Shown here: one piece after another, positions 55,925 through 64,000 of the stretch
Layout: every line of letters starts with the position of its first letter
Numbering within the stretch: position 1 is the stretch's first letter
DNA from: Octopus vulgaris
Taxonomy: Eukaryota
Assembly (NCBI GenBank): GCA_951406725.2
Contig: OX597816.1
Span: 40,796,001-40,860,000 of the forward strand
DNA: 64,000 nucleotides
Direction of reading: 5' to 3'
Program-made: the position numbers and the translations under genes
Notes under the pieces: generated by a model
What the model was told of the DNA's origin: nothing
Databases searched by the model: none
What the model saw: the letters and a program-made list of their open reading frames with translations, nothing else

Positions 55925-56140
55925 TTCAAAATTTTGGTATAAGGCTGGCAATTTCGGCGGAGTCGGTATGTCTATTACATCCGTCTCTAGTACACAACTG
56001 GTAAGTTATTTTATCAGAACCGAAAGGTTGAAAGACAAAATCGACAGGGGCAGCATTTGAACTCAGAGCATAAAGACGGATAGATTGCGGCTAGACATAT
56101 TGCCTAGCGTACTAACGATTCCGCGTTTTATAGCCGCCTT
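55925..56140 (-). mobile_element. Degenerate SINE family C
   Basis: CAACTGGTAAGTTATTTTATC..CCGAAAGGTTGAAAGACAAA..TTTGAACTCAGA..GCCGCCTT. Confidence 0.7.
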
Positions 56141-56499
56141 AACATAATTATAATATTAAGATTGTTTTAATTTGTTCAACTAAGTCAACAGTGTGGCAAG
56201 AATAAAAAATTATAGGAATGCGAGTGGAAGGTGCAGCAAGAGACACAAATTATATGAAAGGGAGTCGAAAGGATGAATAGTACAATCCATACTGTTAATT
56301 TCGATTGCTTGAGATTGGTTATTCAGCCGCGGCGAAAAGCGACGTCGACGATTACCATGGCAAGGACGACAATGACAAGGACGACGACGAAAACCTCAAC
56401 GAGGACGACGATGAAAACGACGACGATGATGATAATGGCAACGACGATGTTGATGCTGAGAATGGCTTGATATTTCTTCTTTGAGACCCATTGATTTAA

Positions 56500-57269
<770 letters not shown>

Positions 57270-57774
57270 ATAATGTAAACTTCACTAACGAAACTCTTTT
57301 CCCCGTCTTTGATTTCTTTAACTGTCCCCGAAATTTAGTAAATAAATTAGTGCTGTCATTGTTAGTACTGGTGTAATCATTCATATTGCTATTGTAGTCT
57401 CTACATCACATGTAAGCATCTTATTAATATACAAGCATCTTATTATTGTCCCATTTTCTTTTATCAAATTGTTTGCTGTTTGAGGCAGGTGACAAAGGAC
57501 AACTCTCATAAATACTTTAGTCCCTCAAAGACGGGTGAGAATGATCGATTCTTAGTTAATATCAAATTGGAGATAGAGCTCCAAAAGCCAGCACGAAGGG
57601 GATTCCTGTAAAATCATGTAACATCTCGATGGTGTTGTTAAAACAAGCCAGGAAATATGTCAACGGAGTATCATCATAGCAACGGCTGCGGTTACAATTG
57701 TCATAGATCACGTTACTGGGTTACTATTAATAGTGTTAATATATTCGATATACTTGTATTGTGTCTATATGATA

Positions 57775-57997
57775 CTCTCTTTTACTCTTTTACTTGTTTC
57801 AGTCATTTGACTGTGGCCATGCTGGAGCACCGCCGTTAGTCGAGCAAATCGACCTCAGGACTTCTTCTTTGTAAGCCTAGTACTTATTCTATCGGCCACT
57901 TTTGCCGAACCGCTAGGTTACGTAGATGTAAACACACCAGCATCAGTTGTCAAGCGATGTTGGGGGGAGAAACACAGACACAAAAACACACAGAGAC

Positions 57998-58028
<31 letters not shown>

Positions 58029-58193
58029 TACGACGGGTTTCTTTTCAGTTTCCGTCTACCAAATCCGCTCACAAAGCTTTGGTCGGCCCTAGGCTATAGC
58101 AGAAACACTTCACCAAGGTGTCACGCAGTGGGACTGAACCTGGAACCATGTGGTTCGTAAGCAAGCTACTTACCACACAGCCACTCCTACGCC
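57775..58193 (-). mobile_element. Full-length SINE family B
   Basis: Same head, body and LINE-like tail as the other family B copies. Confidence 0.9.
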
Positions 58194-58298
58194 TTATAAG
58201 GACACTGATAATGTCAATGTAGTGCATGTAAATTTCATGAGTTTTCTGTTTAACCTTCATGTTTCTTTCTTACTTTTGATGTTCAAGAACGTATATGT

Positions 58299-58368
<70 letters not shown>

Positions 58369-58962
58369 CATCTGCTGCTTTTACTTGTAAGTAGATTATT
58401 GACTTTTAGTGTAATATTATTGGGTTAATATTTGATCTATCGCCATGGACGTTGTCTTCATCGCTATCAGTATCGACAATATCGGTACAATTGATAAAGT
58501 GTCTCAGTACTAATTAACGTTTCTTGGAATATTGGTGCGAAGTCATCGTTATTGCCATCAAGCAACAATGACGTACTAATTTATTTTACGTTGATATTCA
58601 TCTTTCACTGTAAATTCTGGCTATATGACGAAGACATTTAGAGCCGGTGCCAAATAAACAGAGACGATCTATAATTGCTTTCTTTCGATGATAATGAAGG
58701 AATAAATATTTCCTTCGTGCTCTTTCGTTATAACCTATATCCCCATTCAAGTTTGATATAACAGTGAATTAATTACGCTGAACTAACGTCAATATATAAG
58801 TTTGCATGTACACACAGACACACACACACTCGCATAGACGCACACATAAACGCACAATACACTTGCCCAAGGTATTATGCAGTGGAACTGAACTTGGCTG
58901 TGGATCAAGCTTCTTACCACGCACCCACGAATGAACCTCATAAACTTATATATATATATAAC

Positions 58963-59039
<77 letters not shown>

Positions 59040-59150
59040 CGTTATATAATTAGGGCTCAGTAAAATAATGTACCTCGTATGGTCCTTTTACATACTGAAC
59101 ACTACTTGGTGAAATTAATTAATAATCAATTAATTTTACCCTTTTATTAT

Positions 59151-59197
<47 letters not shown>

Positions 59198-59334
59198 CAA
59201 AATTTGACCTCAGCAACAAAGACCAAACATTCACGGTATCTAAATGCAATGATAGCCGATGTGGCACATGCCAATTCATACATACCGGTCAATATATAAA
59301 CACAAAAACCGGGAAAATATTCACAAACGCGAAT

Positions 59335-59625
59335 ATGAACTGCAAAAGCAGAAATTTAATTTACTGCATCAAATGCCCAAATTGTGAAGAAATATATGTA
59401 GGTCAGACGGGAAACGCACTATTAGAACGCTCACGTGTACACCGGCAACAGATTAGAGACCCAGAGGTCCGTCAGATACCTTTGAGTAACCACCTAGCAA
59501 CATGTGGTCGGAAAATATATATAATATTTCCATTCTACAAATTACACAGCCCAAGTGAAATCGAGAGGAAAATCAGAGAAAAGAATTTTATTGATAAATT
59601 CGAACCCAAGCTAAATAAGCAATAA
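59335..59625 (+). pseudogene. GIY-YIG endonuclease domain fragment
   Basis: LIY/YVG motif, R..H, conserved E and terminal LN. Confidence 0.9.
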
Positions 59626-60119
59626 TAATAATACTTAGAGGTATTACTTCCACTGCTACGACCATGACCACTAACAACAACAACAATACTAAAGGTGATC
59701 AAGACGAAGATAGCAGGAAAATTATCTTATTTAGGGTTAAAAGTTCTATTGCCACCACCATCACCACTAGCAACAATAATTAAGGTGCTGACAATGATGA
59801 TGATGACAATTGAAATATAAAAATATAAAAATCTCTGACAAAGGATATTTACAACATTTCTAAAAATAACCCAACAATTGCTGCTTCGGCCAGGGTCAAG
59901 ATACAGGACTCTTGACCTGTCCAACAAAGCGTGATGCCTAAACCAATCAGCTCAACCAACCAATCAGCTTAAGTAATTGAGTGATACTACACACTGATTG
60001 GTCAGAATACAGTTTGCAAAACCTAGCACTCTGGAGCCTACCCAGCTGTATTTATAGCACAGAATCACTCATCTTGCTACAGTCAAAAATTGTGAAGCAT
60101 GACTGTCAACACTACTACA

Positions 60120-60164
60120 TGAACCCGAAGATTGCAGAATTCAATGCATGAAAGTACTAGTTCA
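60120..60164 (+). ncRNA. Minimal type I hammerhead ribozyme, U4C variant
   Basis: TGAAC CCGAAGA TTGCA-GAATTCAA-TGCAT GAAA GTAC TA GTTCA; palindromic stem III AGTACT. Confidence 0.75.
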
Positions 60165-60387
60165 ATCAGAATGAATATTTAACATTCTACTATTTCATTT
60201 TATTTTATTCAATTATAATATATTATCTTATAATATATCATTATAAGATTGTAAATAAAACGTGAAAATCAGACAAGGTTGGAATTCTTTTTATTAATAT
60301 ATTCTTCTATACACAATCACACACACCCATATATATATATACATATATATATATATACATGTATATATATATATGTATCTACATATA

Positions 60388-60439
<52 letters not shown>

Positions 60440-60719
60440 TTGTATACGTGTGTGTGTCTGTGTGTATATATATAGTTGCCAACACGATGAAATATAAACT
60501 AAGAAAGGTTTAATAATATTTATTTCGGGAAAGCCCTCCCTCCGTCATCATGACCTCTTCTCTGCATCTGCTATGTTCACATGAAAACATATCCAATCAA
60601 CAAGAGGGACAATAAGGTGTTTGTTCGTGTTATCGCGTTCAAATATATTTATTTCAAAACATAAACACACATACTCACTGACTCTCATACACCCATATAT
60701 ATATACATATATAAATATC

Positions 60720-61180
<461 letters not shown>

Positions 61181-61220
61181 CTTTCCCTGTGTGTACATGT
61201 GTGTGCGTGCGTGTGGGCGC

Positions 61221-61255
<35 letters not shown>

Positions 61256-62683
61256 TGTGAGTGTGTTCAAATGTGATGTTTATCTTGAGGAAGTGTTGTT
61301 AATATATGCAGTGTGTCTGAGACGGCATGCTCGTAGAATAGTTATAGTACCGGGGAACATGCTTCATTGCATAGTGTCGCTGGACTTGAATTTGCCTTCC
61401 AGCCTGTCAAGGTAGCTAAAACCAAAGAGATAACCTTGTGAACCAGATAGATAACCTTCAAACTTACTGAACGTCAATGACAAGGAGTTTGCTAAAAATA
61501 CGATAAAACATCTCAGTGATGAGACAGATTCGAATTCTTTCTCATAGTTCGCCCACATTGATACTAGATTCCCACAATGCTCTCATACCTCCGCCATTGT
61601 TTAGTAAAAATTGCAAGGCCGTCCCCAAGCTCCCGTCTTCCCAGCTGTTGGTTCTGCTGTTTGATGTTATTACTTCCACAACGAACTCGGAGGAGGAGGT
61701 TTAAATATACCGTATATATTTTATACATTAAACCCTGGCGTGCAATTGATCGGTAGCCTGTGGCCATGTCAGTGGTACGGGTTAATAACATTCATGTCAC
61801 TGCAGGTATGTATACAGATATGTAAGCAGGTATGTATGTATTGCTTTTAAAAATATGTTTCCTTAATAAACATTAGGAACATAGTGCTAGCTTATACAGA
61901 AAGTTCTAATTCTTCAGCTTTGATATTTACTCTCCCTCTATAGTTCAAACGGAGCTTCATACCTCATTACTGTTTGCTTGGGAACTGCGATTTTCGCACT
62001 GCCATTTTGACACTCTTGTTATTCATATAATTTTAACGTCATCTAGTAAGTACGATAAAATGTTATGTATATTTCGTAAACAATATTATTATACGATTAT
62101 AATTTTATGAAAGAAATATTTTAACCTTTCATACAATGTTATTCAAGATTTTAATGGTGCTATATATCGTTTTGTGTTTTTATTACAAAGAATTATGATG
62201 GTTTTCGCATAAAGGCTAATGAACAAAAACTAAACCTTCGGCTGTTTTAAATATTCAATGAATTATAATGAACTGTATATGTTTCTCAGTGGGTCTAAAA
62301 TCCTAATTACATACATTAAGCAAACTGTAAATAAATCTGTTTTTAAAAAGTTCCATTGAAAGCTGGCCGTCTAAATACGACTGTTATACATATAGCATTC
62401 TTTTCTCTACTACTCTTTCTCTTAAATGATTATGATTTTAGCGTAACTATTTTATATAAGTAATTTAAAGATTCAAACATTCACGACGTTATCGCTTTAT
62501 ATGTCAATATGTACCCTTCTAGCACTTCTTCGCACTCAAGTATTTTGTATAATTGCAATGTCATTGTTCTGCGTCCAACTTTACATTGTACCCGTCTACT
62601 ACTGTGTATATACATACATGTATGTACGTATATATTTATATTTACACACACACACACACACTCACACACATGTATATATATAT

Positions 62684-62736
<53 letters not shown>

Positions 62737-62757
62737 TATATCCATATATATATATAT

Positions 62758-62801
<44 letters not shown>

Positions 62802-63001
62802 GAAATATGTTTCAAAAAGAAAATATAAAATACACGTGGAAATGTAAGGGTAAAATAAGAAAAATCAACGAAAATGCACATTGTAAATAAAAAAGAAAAG
62901 GCTTTTTATGAAATGTAAGACAAATACATACATTTAGATGGACTGAGGTAGTAATAAAAGTCATAAAAGTCATTATTATGAGATGATTAAAAAGTCAGAA
63001 A

Positions 63002-63086
<85 letters not shown>

Positions 63087-63088
<2 letters not shown>

Positions 63089-63318
63089 AGAGGCGCAATG
63101 GCCTAGTGGTTAGGGCAGCGGACTCGCGGTCGCAGGATCGCGGTTTCGATTCTCAGACCGGGCGTTGTGTGTGTTTATTGAGCGAAAACACCTAAAAGCT
63201 CTACGAGGCTCCGGCAGGGGGTGGTGATCCCTGCTGTACTCTTTCACCACAATGGCGGTGCCCCAGCATGGCCACAGCTCAAGAGCTGAAACTGGAAAAA
63301 CCAAAAAAAAAAAAAACA

Positions 63319-63320
<2 letters not shown>
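63087..63320 (+). mobile_element. tRNA-Arg-like SINE family A with CR1/L2-LINE-type tail
   Basis: TGGCCTAGTGG A box, GGTTTCGATTC B box; tail GGCGGTGCCCCAGCATGGCCACAGCTCAAGAGCTGAAACT plus A-run. Confidence 0.9.
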
Positions 63321-63357
<37 letters not shown>

Positions 63358-64000
63358 ACAAATTAAAAGGGTGGTTTATTAGCAATTAGAAACTGAAGGC
63401 AGATAAATAGAGGCAACACAATTGACGGTGGGTACTGACTAGCACTGCTTATGCTAAAATAAGATTTAGATTAACTCCAAAGCCACCAAGGCACCTACTT
63501 AATGACTGACGAAGGGAGGTAAGTCCCTAGCGTCTATAGCCCTATCGCAATTTGGAATGATTGTGTAGACCAACTTATTTCCCATCGGTGGCTCTCAACT
63601 TCCTTTGTCAATCTTATAGGAAAAACCGTTCCAAACGTCGGTAGAATTTGAACTCAGAATGAAAATCGGGTCGAAATGCCGCTAAAGTTATAAACGTATC
63701 TTCATACCAAGATTTGACCAATATTCATCAATTGTATTTTCATTTATTAATTCACTCAGTTTCCGTATTAAATTATTTTTAGAAATATTCTACACCTGCA
63801 AAACCCTATCTAATTGACTACACCCAAAATTAATCAAGGGATATATTTTAAACATAATCTACCTCCTGATAGATTCTCTAGAATTAAGATTACTATCTGT
63901 AACAAAGTCTTTTCATATTTTGAATATAGCATTTTTGGAAAAGTAGACCAGATAATGCAGATAAAATTTCGAAATCCACCCTTCCCAAATTGAATTACTT

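Larger units (their letters stand above)
59195..60240 (+). mobile_element. Second Neptune-type PLE family, 3' fragment
   Basis: KCNDSRCGTCQFI linker upstream of ORF 59335-59625 (NLIYCIKCPNCEEIYVGQT...REKNFI..P.LN); starts in (TA)n; hammerhead near the end. Confidence 0.9.

Noticed and set aside
63087-63165. Possible tRNA-Arg gene (also 7030-7100)
   Set aside because: No proper acceptor stem or terminator; continues into a SINE body and tail.

Overview
AT-rich, microsatellite-saturated eukaryotic DNA with no supportable host protein-coding exon. The SINE/LINE repertoire suggests a cephalopod (Octopus-like) genome; this is an inference. The window is mostly transposon sequence: two nearly identical Neptune-type Penelope-like elements (PLEs; RT + Cys linker + GIY-YIG) in opposite orientation, further PLE fragments, two R4/Dong-like RLE retroposon 3' fragments nested in (TAA)n, CR1/L2-group and RTE LINE 3' ends, three tRNA-type SINE families, a defective mariner, a Tc1 fragment, several MITEs and two Helitron-like elements. 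The most interesting signals are: (i) minimal type I hammerhead ribozyme motifs at PLE 3' ends and in short (TA)n-embedded inserts, several with variant cores (U3-A8 compensatory pair, U4C); (ii) 120-300 bp fold-back palindromes, two of them built from hammerhead sequence; (iii) an in-phase T TTT TTA slippery heptamer joining an upstream reading frame absent from the ORF track to the PLE RT frame, a candidate -1 ribosomal frameshift. Most short ORFs in the track are microsatellite artefacts. Coordinates were counted by eye and may be off by a few bases.
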